Below are positions 42,254 through 51,610 of a stretch of DNA of 64,000 nucleotides, piece after piece. The stretch is from contig JBGCEP010000027.1 of the NCBI GenBank assembly GCA_045106415.1, positions 76,432 through 140,431 on the forward strand. Reading direction: 5' to 3'. Source of the DNA: Oligoflexales bacterium. GTDB lineage: Bacteria; Bdellovibrionota_B; Oligoflexia; Oligoflexales; Bog-1112. The stretch's first letter is position 1; each line of letters opens with the position of its first letter. The notes under the pieces were generated by a model that saw only the letters and a program-made list of their open reading frames with translations, did no database searches and was not told the DNA's origin. A program made the position numbers and the translations under genes.

Positions 42254-43348
42254 ATGACCACCCGAGTAACATTACTAAAAAAGCCAAAACTTCTTTATCA
42301 AGCTTTCTTCATCACCTTTATGATAGGCCTCGTTTTAGGGGGTTGGTTTTTCTACTCCCACAAAAGCATGACACTCAACACCCCACAAGACATTACTCTA
42401 AGCCCGGGTCAATCCGTTCGTCACTTTGCTCAGCAATTAGAATCTCAAGGAGTCATACACTCGGCATTTACGTTTGAATTAACAGCTAGGAGCTTAGGAA
42501 TAAGCGGCTCTTTTCAAGCAGGGACTTATCGTTTCACTGGTGACATTTCCTCTCTAGATATTATGCACGCTGTCCAAAAAGGCAAAACTTATAACCCTCT
42601 TACCTTAAAAATCACATTTCCAGAAGGCAGCAATCTCAAAGAGGTTTCAACCATTTTATGGCGACATCGTTTGATCTCTAAAAACTCTCTTTGGAAAGGA
42701 TTTAAAGACACTCGATGGCTTCGCTCTCTTAACATTCATACTCGAACGCCTGAAGGATACATATACCCTTCAACATACATGTTTTATGGAAAAAAACCAT
42801 CAGCAAAAGCCGTTATTAAACGTGCTGTCCAAGAGTTTTTCAACACTCTTCCTAAAAATTATGAAGAGCAAGTTCAAGCAAACGGTCTCTCTCTACACGA
42901 TGCTATTACGTTCGCATCTCTCATTGAAAAAGAAACCGCCCTCACCAAAGAAATGCCTTTGGTTTCTGAGGTCATTTGGGCGCGATTAAAAAACAAAGAA
43001 GCTCTTGGTATTGACGCAGCTTTGATTTACGGCATCAAAAACTACAAGGGCAACATTACCTGGAAACATCTACGTGACCGTAAAAATCCATACAACACAA
43101 GAATACACAAAGGCCTACCTCCAACACCTATTGCGTCACCGTCGATTCAAGCACTTGGTGCTGTGTTAACTCCAAGCGCAAAAGGTTATTACTTCTACGT
43201 TCTCAAACCCAACAGTAAAGAGCATCATTTTTCAAAAACCGCAAAAGAACATCAAAAACATGTCCGCTACCTTGTTCAAGCAAGCCGCCAACAAAAAGGG
43301 AAACAGCATGCCAAAGAAAAAAGCAAAAACAAAGACTCAAAACACTGA
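42254..43348 (+). CDS. mltG: Endolytic transglycosylase MltG
   Basis: EGYIYPSTY, ASLIEKE and PYNTR..GLPPTPI motifs. Confidence 0.95.
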   Translation: MTTRVTLLKKPKLLYQAFFITFMIGLVLGGWFFYSHKSMTLNTPQDITLSPGQSVRHFAQQLESQGVIHSAFTFELTARSLGISGSFQAGTYRFTGDISSLDIMHAVQKGKTYNPLTLKITFPEGSNLKEVSTILWRHRLISKNSLWKGFKDTRWLRSLNIHTRTPEGYIYPSTYMFYGKKPSAKAVIKRAVQEFFNTLPKNYEEQVQANGLSLHDAITFASLIEKETALTKEMPLVSEVIWARLKNKEALGIDAALIYGIKNYKGNITWKHLRDRKNPYNTRIHKGLPPTPIASPSIQALGAVLTPSAKGYYFYVLKPNSKEHHFSKTAKEHQKHVRYLVQASRQQKGKQHAKEKSKNKDSKH

Positions 43349-43712
43349 GTCCGGAGCAGTCCGCCGTACAGGAGAACGTATTCCAGTACAGCTTCTCGTC
43401 GACTACCGTTCTGATGGCCACTATTTATTTGATTTTTGCAAAGATCTCGGTGAAGGCGGTGTTTTTATTCAAACTAAAAAACCAAAGCCTCAAGGCACTA
43501 TCTTGAACCTCACATTCACACTTCCTGACAGCAGTGAGACACTTCAAACCTGTGGGACTGTCATATGGGCACAAGAACCCATAGAAGGCCGAGTCGACCT
43601 CACCCCAGGCATGGGTATTCAGTTTGACTCTTTTTCTACTGAGAATCGTCGAATTCTTGAAAAATTCGTTGATCGTTATAGCCAAGACGAAAAAACAGGC
43701 TCTTCAAACTAA
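43308..43712 (+). CDS. PilZ domain protein (myxobacterial TIGR02266-like)
   Basis: RRTGER, DLGEGGVFI and PGMGIQF motifs. Confidence 0.9.
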   Translation: MPKKKAKTKTQNTESGAVRRTGERIPVQLLVDYRSDGHYLFDFCKDLGEGGVFIQTKKPKPQGTILNLTFTLPDSSETLQTCGTVIWAQEPIEGRVDLTPGMGIQFDSFSTENRRILEKFVDRYSQDEKTGSSN

Positions 43713-43789
43713 AAAGCCGCTGGGATTCCTCTTCAGGATTATGATACACAGCTCTTATCACTGGAGTGTTCAAACATAGGGAGAAGATC

Positions 43790-44188
43790 ATGCCTGATAC
43801 TAAAATCATTTGGAAGCGCCCTGACGGTTTTCATGGGGCCAGCCCTGAAGATTACAGAACATTTGAACTTAATAACGGCACAAAACTCTGGCTGCATCGC
43901 TCTGACAAAGAAAACTACCCTTTCCGCATCGCAGGTGGTTGGCAAGATGAAGTCTCTAGCAAACGCATTAATACTCTACTGAACCTTTTAGGAGCAGAAA
44001 AATCAGATTGGAAAAACACTCTCAACTCAGATTATCAGCAATCAGGCCTGGAACATTTTTCTGAATACATTGAGAGCACCCTCAAGTGGATTGATTCCTT
44101 GCAACAAAAACTCAAAGGGGACACTTGGGAGCAAGACATTATGGCTTCAGCTCTTACAGAGGTTTGCAACTCCCTCAAAGAACTCTAG
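43790..44188 (+). CDS. Hypothetical protein
   Basis: ORF with GGAG RBS, starting MPDTKIIWKRPDGFHGA. Confidence 0.65.
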   Translation: MPDTKIIWKRPDGFHGASPEDYRTFELNNGTKLWLHRSDKENYPFRIAGGWQDEVSSKRINTLLNLLGAEKSDWKNTLNSDYQQSGLEHFSEYIESTLKWIDSLQQKLKGDTWEQDIMASALTEVCNSLKEL

Positions 44189-45026
44189 CTTTTCCCTCTA
44201 AGGTCACAGTTGCATGACCCTCAAGACTTAAAGGGTCGTGATCTTTTTGCAGTTGTGATTTCAGCCAACTCCACCTTTTATTCGCGACCTGTAAATCAAA
44301 GTCGTTCACAAGTGGGTGAGCACCTGTATATAAGAACAGTGAACAATTCCAATTATGATGTGAACAAAAATCATGCATTTTATCTAAATTTCTGACTTCA
44401 TCATCAACAAATACAAGGTGCCTTAGTGGGTATTCCATACTTTTTAACACAGCGTCAAGAGCCATTCCCTTATGCTGACCAGAGGTATAAATCACCCCTT
44501 CGTCCAGAGAGATCGCTCGAACCAGATCAGGGTGCTTCAAAATTCTTTCTTTTTGTTCTTCAAATCGATCAGCGAACCGCATCTGATTATCCCTTAAGTG
44601 CAAATGCGTTGCATGAGAGAGCTCAAGCCCTCGTGCGGTAAGGCCTATAATATCAACATTTTTTTCTCTTAAAGCCTCAAGAAAACGAGCCGTATGAGGT
44701 TCCGCAGGTTGAAACTTCACCAAGTTATAAACAGCTAAAAGGTCCACCACTGCCATTCGAAAAGCTGTATGCGAGTTATGACCCTCTTTCAAGTAATGTT
44801 CAATCCTTGTGTAAGACCACTGCGGCATGCCAATTTGGTGATCAGGAACCAGCAGCGTTAAATCAACATCGAAAGCCACGAGACTTTCATCTTTTATTGC
44901 ACTTTGAACATCTTGAATTTTATCTATTTTTTGGTACATCACACTTTTTTCCTGTTTCATTTCCGTGCACGAAGCCTCGAAAAACATAAGACTAATTATT
45001 CCTAATAACACAGGCCAATTCACCAC
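44175..45026 (-). CDS. Exported HAD-superfamily protein (DUF2608-like)
   Basis: Signal/lipobox, AFDVDLTLL, GLTAR, HKG and FVDDEVRNL motifs. Confidence 0.75.
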   Translation of the reverse strand: MVNWPVLLGIISLMFFEASCTEMKQEKSVMYQKIDKIQDVQSAIKDESLVAFDVDLTLLVPDHQIGMPQWSYTRIEHYLKEGHNSHTAFRMAVVDLLAVYNLVKFQPAEPHTARFLEALREKNVDIIGLTARGLELSHATHLHLRDNQMRFADRFEEQKERILKHPDLVRAISLDEGVIYTSGQHKGMALDAVLKSMEYPLRHLVFVDDEVRNLDKMHDFCSHHNWNCSLFLYTGAHPLVNDFDLQVANKRWSWLKSQLQKDHDPLSLEGHATVTLEGKARVL

Positions 45027-45168
45027 AACTCCACCTACCTACCAACAACAGCCATCAACTTCTTGTGATGGCAAGATGAATACAACGCGGCCATTCTTGA
45101 AATTTAAATATCATATCAACTACAATCATGGCACTATTATTGAAAGAGAATATGCAAAGGAAATCAAT

Positions 45169-46224
45169 GTGTCTATAGACTTCCTACAAAAAAAATGGTC
45201 TGAGGCATCCTACGGATCTCAAAGCTCTGAAAATGAATGGGTGAGATTTGCTGGAATGATCACAGCAGCCACTCTTCTGCCATGGTTATGTATTCCTTTC
45301 ATCATGTCGATACAACCGAGCGCTCCAAGCTTAACGACACTTTTCTCTCTTTTTGTTTTCATTGGCGGGACAGCACACGTTGGGGCTTCAAGTTTTTTTC
45401 TTTACACGCCTGAATTCCGAGATCACCGCACACAAAGAGCAAAAACATATTGGATTGGGCCTCTGGCGCTCACTTTTTTTCTTGCAACTGGTTTTACATG
45501 GGGGCCTGATAGCTTTCAAAAAAATGCCATCCTCATTTACTTTATTTGGCAAACATGGCATTACCAGAGACAAAATTTCGGCCTCCTTTCCATGGCTGGA
45601 ATCTCAACACAAACAGGCCCAGTCACAAAATGGGAAAGGGTTGCTCTCGACGTTGGTGTTCTTGCTGGTATCGGTGGTTTGTTCTTCAAAATGAACATTG
45701 CTCAAGGAACACTTCTAGAGCCATTCGCACAAGGCCTTTATACGGCTGGCTCCCTACTCATCTGCGTGAACCCTATTCTCGTTGTTTATGTCTTCATAAA
45801 AAATCCTCATTTTTTAGAAAAACCTACACGACCTTTTTTCTTTTTACTGGGCGCGTTTTTTTATCTTCCAACATTTTTATTTAAAAGCCCTGAGGCTTCT
45901 ATTTTAAGCTATGCACTCGCACACGGATGGCAATACCTTGTTTTCATGACCTACGTCGCTCAAAGAAAACCACAACATCAGCGCCAAAACATGAAACTCT
46001 TCCTTTACTGTTGTTTTGGTGGAGGAATTATACTCTCTTTGCTTGGAGATCAGAGCTTGTGGGGCTCTTGGGGACCTGGGGTATTTGGGGCTTATCTAGG
46101 GCTCATTATTTGGCACTTCATCACTGATGCTGATATTTGGCGATTACGAGAGCCATTTCAACGACAATACATGAATGCCGCGTTTCCTTTCCTTAACCCT
46201 AAAGCCAATAAGGCCGCACCATGA
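45169..46224 (+). CDS. Polytopic membrane protein with several His motifs
   Basis: About 9-10 TM segments. Motifs TAHVG, WHYQRQNFG, HGWQYL and HFITDADIW. GTG start behind AAGGA. Confidence 0.75.
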   Translation: MSIDFLQKKWSEASYGSQSSENEWVRFAGMITAATLLPWLCIPFIMSIQPSAPSLTTLFSLFVFIGGTAHVGASSFFLYTPEFRDHRTQRAKTYWIGPLALTFFLATGFTWGPDSFQKNAILIYFIWQTWHYQRQNFGLLSMAGISTQTGPVTKWERVALDVGVLAGIGGLFFKMNIAQGTLLEPFAQGLYTAGSLLICVNPILVVYVFIKNPHFLEKPTRPFFFLLGAFFYLPTFLFKSPEASILSYALAHGWQYLVFMTYVAQRKPQHQRQNMKLFLYCCFGGGIILSLLGDQSLWGSWGPGVFGAYLGLIIWHFITDADIWRLREPFQRQYMNAAFPFLNPKANKAAP

Positions 46225-46697
46225 TACTTCCACAAGGTCGCTTCATTTCTTTCTTCTTCGCTTTCTGCTCCCTCGCTCTTACATGGGCTCTTCAAAATAA
46301 AGCCTTACCTCTTCCATATCAACTCGATTGGAAAACACCCTCTATTCTCCTCACGTCTTTTCACCAACCTGAACCCTGGGGTGTTTGGACACAAGGACTT
46401 GAGTCTGAAATCATATTCAAAAGGCCTCTGCCTAAAAAAATTCGACTTGAAATAAAAGCAAAAGGTTTTGCTCAAAACACCAAAGAAATCACAACCATTC
46501 TCTGCGGCACAACAAAGCACCAAGTCTATTTCTCTGCACAGGGAAACACACACACTATGGACTGCCTAGATATGGATCAAACACCTCGAATCTACATTCA
46601 ACTTCTTTCTGCGAAATCTCCAGCAGAAATAAGCCCAAGCCAAGACCATCGGGTTTTAGGCATTGGAATTGAAAAATTAAAAATTCACGCGTTATAA
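46221..46697 (+). CDS. Exported beta-sandwich protein
   Basis: Signal peptide, FHQPEPWGVWT and SQDHRVLGIG motifs. ATGA overlap with the upstream gene. Confidence 0.65.
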   Translation: MILPQGRFISFFFAFCSLALTWALQNKALPLPYQLDWKTPSILLTSFHQPEPWGVWTQGLESEIIFKRPLPKKIRLEIKAKGFAQNTKEITTILCGTTKHQVYFSAQGNTHTMDCLDMDQTPRIYIQLLSAKSPAEISPSQDHRVLGIGIEKLKIHAL

Positions 46698-46757
46698 ACA
46701 CTACGAATAACAGCTTTGCTTCTCAAGCACTCGACAGCGCTTGAAATATTCAAGCTT

Positions 46758-47183
46758 TCACTCTGGCGCACCACATTGCAGCCACACCAAAATTCTTGCG
46801 ATATCATCTTTTTCAATATCACGCCCTGGAGGCATTGCTCTTGGTGATTGGTTCAACTGCTCTAATATCTTGGCTCGATAAATCATAATTTCACGATGTG
46901 TGTCAAAATTCACAAGCACAGGAGCACCAAATCTTTCATCACCAGACCAGTATGAACTGTGACAATCTTGGCAATAATTTAAGAAAAACCCCTTCGCAAA
47001 ATGCTCATAAGTGTCATTAGGAGATTGATTACAAAAAACACTAGAAGGCACTATAGAGCCTCGAACATTTGGAATTTTAACCTGATTTGAATCTTCAACC
47101 GTTCCAGGCTGCGCACCACATTTTACAAGAAAAAAACAAACAGCAATAAAAAACACTCTCACCTCAGACTCCTTCAAAATCAA
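46758..47183 (-). CDS. Monoheme cytochrome c lipoprotein
   Basis: Lipobox-like LVKC, CQDCH, MPP axial Met and WLQCGAP. Confidence 0.85.
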   Translation of the reverse strand: MILKESEVRVFFIAVCFFLVKCGAQPGTVEDSNQVKIPNVRGSIVPSSVFCNQSPNDTYEHFAKGFFLNYCQDCHSSYWSGDERFGAPVLVNFDTHREIMIYRAKILEQLNQSPRAMPPGRDIEKDDIARILVWLQCGAPE

Positions 47184-48378
47184 TCAAAAAAGAAGCTGGA
47201 CTCACGTTCTTCATAAGAGGATTTTGAGGCCCAATCCATCGTAAAAACAACGCCGCAAAAATATTTTTCATTTGCAACGAAACACCATATGTTTCATCGA
47301 TAGAACCTAAAAGAAAATTCAGAGGTTGTTCTAAACAGTTTTCAGTTACACCACCAAAACTCTGCCCTCCCCGCAAGCTCTCTCCCCACAGTAAACATGA
47401 CGTCACCGGCCAATGTGATCGGCTTCCAAGAGAATTTAAAACTGGGTTCCGCCCCATTTCACTCTTTACAACAACAATCATTCTTTTTAACAGATCAAGG
47501 CTATCTGCATATTGAAAAAGACTTACAAGATCTTGAAATAAACTCTCAAAATTCACAGCTTGTTGAGCATCATGATCTGCATGAATGTCCCAACTTCTGT
47601 GGTCTTCTATAGAAGCTGCAATGGTGCGATTTTCAGAAAACATGTCACACGCAAGTTTTGCTCTTTTTAAAAACAGAGAATCTGAAGCAAGAAAATCTTG
47701 AGATTCTCGTATAAGTTTAAACTCAGCTTCTGCTTTCCGAGCTTTTTGGACAATTTTCATTTTTTCGGTCGACAAGCCATGGTTAGAATATTGGCTTAAA
47801 AGGTTTGAATAATTTTTTCTTGTATATAAATCAATCAAACTCAATTCTTGTTCAGAAAAAGCTGTGTTCTGAGAAGGTGTTTCAAATAAATCATCAGACC
47901 ACAGCTGTGTATAACCAGATAAATGGCCAGGCATCATTTGTGAACCAAAAACAACGTGCGGCAATACAAAAGATGGAGCTGCGCGATACGCATAAAAAGC
48001 AGGCCAACTCACCCAGCGTTTTGAATCAGAATGAAGAACCCCATCAGAAAAGCGCCTTGCTTCTTCTTGCTGTAAACTTGGACAGTGAATTCCGTTCACA
48101 ACACAAGCATTTTGCCCCCACCGCGAAAAGAACTGATCAACCGAAGGCCTCGATGAATGCTTTACATATGGGAGAATAGAGGTATCAATTTGTTGACCAG
48201 GCTCAAGCTCTCTTAGAGGACTTTGCGTCGTTTCAAACACCATAGATGAGTCCCAACCACCCGAACAATGAACCACCATAAGAAACGGAGGTTGTGTCGG
48301 TTGAGCAAACCCCTTTGGGATCAAAGACTGAGCACCGAGTGCTCCAATATTTTTCAAGCATTGCCTTCTTGTGATCAT
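47164..48378 (-). CDS. DUF1501-like Tat-exported protein
   Basis: TRRQCLK Tat motif, SGGWDS, WDIH and SEMGRNP...SHW. Confidence 0.85.
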   Translation of the reverse strand: MITRRQCLKNIGALGAQSLIPKGFAQPTQPPFLMVVHCSGGWDSSMVFETTQSPLRELEPGQQIDTSILPYVKHSSRPSVDQFFSRWGQNACVVNGIHCPSLQQEEARRFSDGVLHSDSKRWVSWPAFYAYRAAPSFVLPHVVFGSQMMPGHLSGYTQLWSDDLFETPSQNTAFSEQELSLIDLYTRKNYSNLLSQYSNHGLSTEKMKIVQKARKAEAEFKLIRESQDFLASDSLFLKRAKLACDMFSENRTIAASIEDHRSWDIHADHDAQQAVNFESLFQDLVSLFQYADSLDLLKRMIVVVKSEMGRNPVLNSLGSRSHWPVTSCLLWGESLRGGQSFGGVTENCLEQPLNFLLGSIDETYGVSLQMKNIFAALFLRWIGPQNPLMKNVSPASFLIDFEGV

Positions 48379-49995
48379 TTACACTCCAATGAATTCATAG
48401 GAAAGAAACACCCCTACCAAAATACACACCCAACGTCGTCGCGATTGAACAGAAAGATCTGAAGAAAGATCTGAAGAAAGAGCCGCAGCATTATTTCCCA
48501 AGCTCATAAGTCTATCAACCGTTTGATCCGTGGTTAGAATCTGTAGTCCTGTCATACGCTCCCATAAAGAGACGATTTGTAATCGAATCACCTCATCAGA
48601 GTCACTCGACCCGGCACCGCCTGGCAACATGACAAAAACCTTACGCGATTGAACCTGGACATGATCGGCAAGTTCTATTTCAACGATTTTTTCAGCAAGT
48701 TGAAAAACAAAAGTTTTCAAACTACGCAAATATCTTCCTGATGGAAGCTGGTACTCTCGATCTGCTCTTTCATCTAAACTGGGAGATAAACTGATCGGAG
48801 GAAGCGGTGCATGATCTACTCCAACAAGTTGTTTCGCCATATGATCCCACTGCCATCGATCTAAAAGGCGAAAGCCTTGATTATTATTTGTGTCTACATT
48901 GCCAAAAAAAGGCTCCTTCAAACTCACCGCTTGATAAACGTCATGAAACGACTGTGCATATGGTTTCAGTTCAAGAGTTTGAAATACTTTTTCCATTAAT
49001 TTTTTATCTTCCGATAGGACAAGAGGACGCCCAAGAAGAGAAGCCATAACGACGCGGACACCACAACTATTCAAACGAGGATCTTTTATAAGAGCATGAT
49101 TTAGCTCCTCTCTATTTGAATATTCTTCTCCACCATAAAACCCATCTCCACTCCATTCTCCTGCCACATCCCACCAACCTTGTGGGCTTGCAGTTTGCAG
49201 CATTCCGCCCAGCGCATCGGTCACATCTTGAGAACGTCTATGACATGAAATACATGCTTTATTTTGTTGTTGTGTCGTTTCTATATTAAAAATTTCTTCC
49301 GAACTTAATGCAGAAAAGTCATGATCTGTCGATAGCGGCAAACAAAACACACGACTTAAAACATCTCTCATTCGTGAATATTCATCATGATGTTCAGGAA
49401 AATGCCCTAAAAATCCCGGAGATGACAAGACTCCCCAATCTGCATTATTTTGATGATAATCAACCCAATAGTAGGATCCACTTGTATCTGCAGCACGCCC
49501 CGTCAAACCCAAAGAGTTCATAAAATCTGCATTTAAAACCGTTTGTGAACCAATAAAAGAAAACCCTGGATGCAAATCTTTCGATAATATCGAACCCACA
49601 TGATAAAGAACTCCATCTGCCATATGTGTTAAAAAAGACTCATCAACGGTAGAAGATGAGGAAGCAAGAAATTTAAAATGAGACCGACTGAGCCCCCAAG
49701 ATTGTCGATATCTCTGAGCAAGTCGAAAAGAAAATCTTTGATCATGAATCAGCTGCTCAAAAATAGACTCCACAGAAACATCCCCTGATTTCACCCACTC
49801 AATAACCTCAATTCCTGGGAGCTCTCCAAGCGTATCTAAATACACTTGCCTCAAGCGCCTTAAACTGTCATCTTGAGGGCTCACCACTTCTACCGCTGGT
49901 GTTTCAGGGCCTGCCCCAGGAGAAGATCCTCCTGAACCTTCAGACTGGGTCTGAGAGCATCCAAAAACAAAAATTAAGATCATAACAAAAATCAT
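48379..49995 (-). CDS. Heme-binding lipoprotein (DUF1549/1585/1588-type)
   Basis: Lipobox VFGC, LRRLRQVYLDTLGELP, GVLSSPGFL and CISCH motifs. Lies upstream of the DUF1501 gene. Confidence 0.75.
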   Translation of the reverse strand: MIFVMILIFVFGCSQTQSEGSGGSSPGAGPETPAVEVVSPQDDSLRRLRQVYLDTLGELPGIEVIEWVKSGDVSVESIFEQLIHDQRFSFRLAQRYRQSWGLSRSHFKFLASSSSTVDESFLTHMADGVLYHVGSILSKDLHPGFSFIGSQTVLNADFMNSLGLTGRAADTSGSYYWVDYHQNNADWGVLSSPGFLGHFPEHHDEYSRMRDVLSRVFCLPLSTDHDFSALSSEEIFNIETTQQQNKACISCHRRSQDVTDALGGMLQTASPQGWWDVAGEWSGDGFYGGEEYSNREELNHALIKDPRLNSCGVRVVMASLLGRPLVLSEDKKLMEKVFQTLELKPYAQSFHDVYQAVSLKEPFFGNVDTNNNQGFRLLDRWQWDHMAKQLVGVDHAPLPPISLSPSLDERADREYQLPSGRYLRSLKTFVFQLAEKIVEIELADHVQVQSRKVFVMLPGGAGSSDSDEVIRLQIVSLWERMTGLQILTTDQTVDRLMSLGNNAAALSSDLSSDLSVQSRRRWVCILVGVFLSYEFIGV

Positions 49996-50100
49996 ACGGT
50001 TGACTCCTATCAGACCTATCGACCACTTATAAAGGATGTCAGACAGGCAAAAACTCCCTATGACTCGAAGAGCTCTGCCGTGTTATGGTAGCGCTGCGAA

Positions 50101-50994
50101 ATGAAAGGATACAATATGAACACACCCACAAATCGTAAACCCGAATGGCTTAAAACTCCTTTGCCAACCGGAAAAGTTTATTTTGATATAAAAAATGACC
50201 TCCGAGAACGAAAACTTGTTACCGTCTGCGAAGAAGCCAAATGCCCCAATATAGGAAGCTGTTGGGCCCAGGGCACGGCAACATTTATGGTACTCGGAGA
50301 GACATGTACAAGAGCATGCCGTTTTTGTCACGTCAAGACAGGAAACCCACAAGGCTGGCTAGACTCTAACGAACCTCAACAGGTTGCTGAAAGTACAGCT
50401 GGTATGAAGCTCAAATACGTCGTCCTCACCATGGTCGATCGCGACGACCTTGATGATGGCGGCGCAGCACATGTCCGCTCTGTTGTCACAAAAGTCAGAG
50501 AACTCAACCCTGATATTAAAGTTGAATTATTAACCGGCGACTACCGAGGCGACTTTAATGCCCTCGATCACTTACTTGTGTCACCACCTGATGTTTTCGC
50601 TCATAATATCGAAACCGTCGAACGACTCAGCCCACGCGTACGCGACGCTAGAGCAAAATACAGAACATCACTCGCTATCCTAAAGCACGCCAAACAACAA
50701 CATAACAATTTGTGGACCAAAAGCTCCATTATGCTCGGCTTAGGAGAAACCTACGAAGAGGTTTTACTCTCCATGGATGACCTAAGGGAAGCAAGCGTCT
50801 CCATACTCACTCTTGGACAATATATGAGACCTACTAAAAAGCACCTCTCCGTCAAAGAATGGGTTCATCCCGATGTCTTTAAAGCACTCGCTGATGAAGC
50901 TTATAAAAAAGGTTTTTTAGCTGTCGCTTCTGGCCCTCTTGTGCGCAGCTCTTACCATGCTGGGGAACTTTTTAGCAAAATCCCTAAATCATAA
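50101..50994 (+). CDS. lipA: Lipoyl synthase
   Basis: CEEAKCPNIGSC, CTRACRFC and RSSY motifs. Confidence 0.98.
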   Translation: MKGYNMNTPTNRKPEWLKTPLPTGKVYFDIKNDLRERKLVTVCEEAKCPNIGSCWAQGTATFMVLGETCTRACRFCHVKTGNPQGWLDSNEPQQVAESTAGMKLKYVVLTMVDRDDLDDGGAAHVRSVVTKVRELNPDIKVELLTGDYRGDFNALDHLLVSPPDVFAHNIETVERLSPRVRDARAKYRTSLAILKHAKQQHNNLWTKSSIMLGLGETYEEVLLSMDDLREASVSILTLGQYMRPTKKHLSVKEWVHPDVFKALADEAYKKGFLAVASGPLVRSSYHAGELFSKIPKS

Positions 50995-51610
50995 ATCATT
51001 TCACTCACCAAAGTGATACCCAAAAGCTGCAGAATGCAAAAAAGCATGACGACCCAGTCTCGCAGTTAACAGAGACAAAAAGAATTCACCAAAGCTCAAC
51101 AAAAACGAGGTCGTCACGTTAAAAACTCTAATAAACTCAAAGTGATGAATGTGATTTTTTATACATCTTTTAAAACTTCACGAGCAGATTCAAAAATAAC
51201 ATCCAATCTTACACAACCTGTTGGGTAGTGATATCAGTAAATTTCATCTCAACACCAAAAAAACATTGATACCATGTATTGCAATTGCAACTTTCAGGTC
51301 TATTTTTTTCTCATAAAGACTCTTCCTGACCTTCCTCACTCTCCTCTTCTTTCTCTGAAAAATCACTAAGCAAGAACCGACTCACAGGAGGAAAGTCAAG
51401 ATCTGGGTTTTTTAACATTCTAAAAAAAGTCTGCATGCTAACAGGGTTTTTCATAGAGCACCTCAAATAGATATTGATATTCATTTTTATTATCGGCTAA
51501 CTTTGTCCTCAACTCAAGCACTGACTCAAACCAACTGTGCTAAACTTGCAAGTTATTTCTAGAATCTGTGATACTAAACCCAGCTCTTTCCATGCTCAGG
51601 AGATAAAACC

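Noticed and set aside
51046-51118. tgacgacc...ggtcgtca stem enclosing a gtctc/gagac hairpin as an ncRNA
   Set aside because: Short stems with long A-rich loops and no family resemblance. This could be chance.
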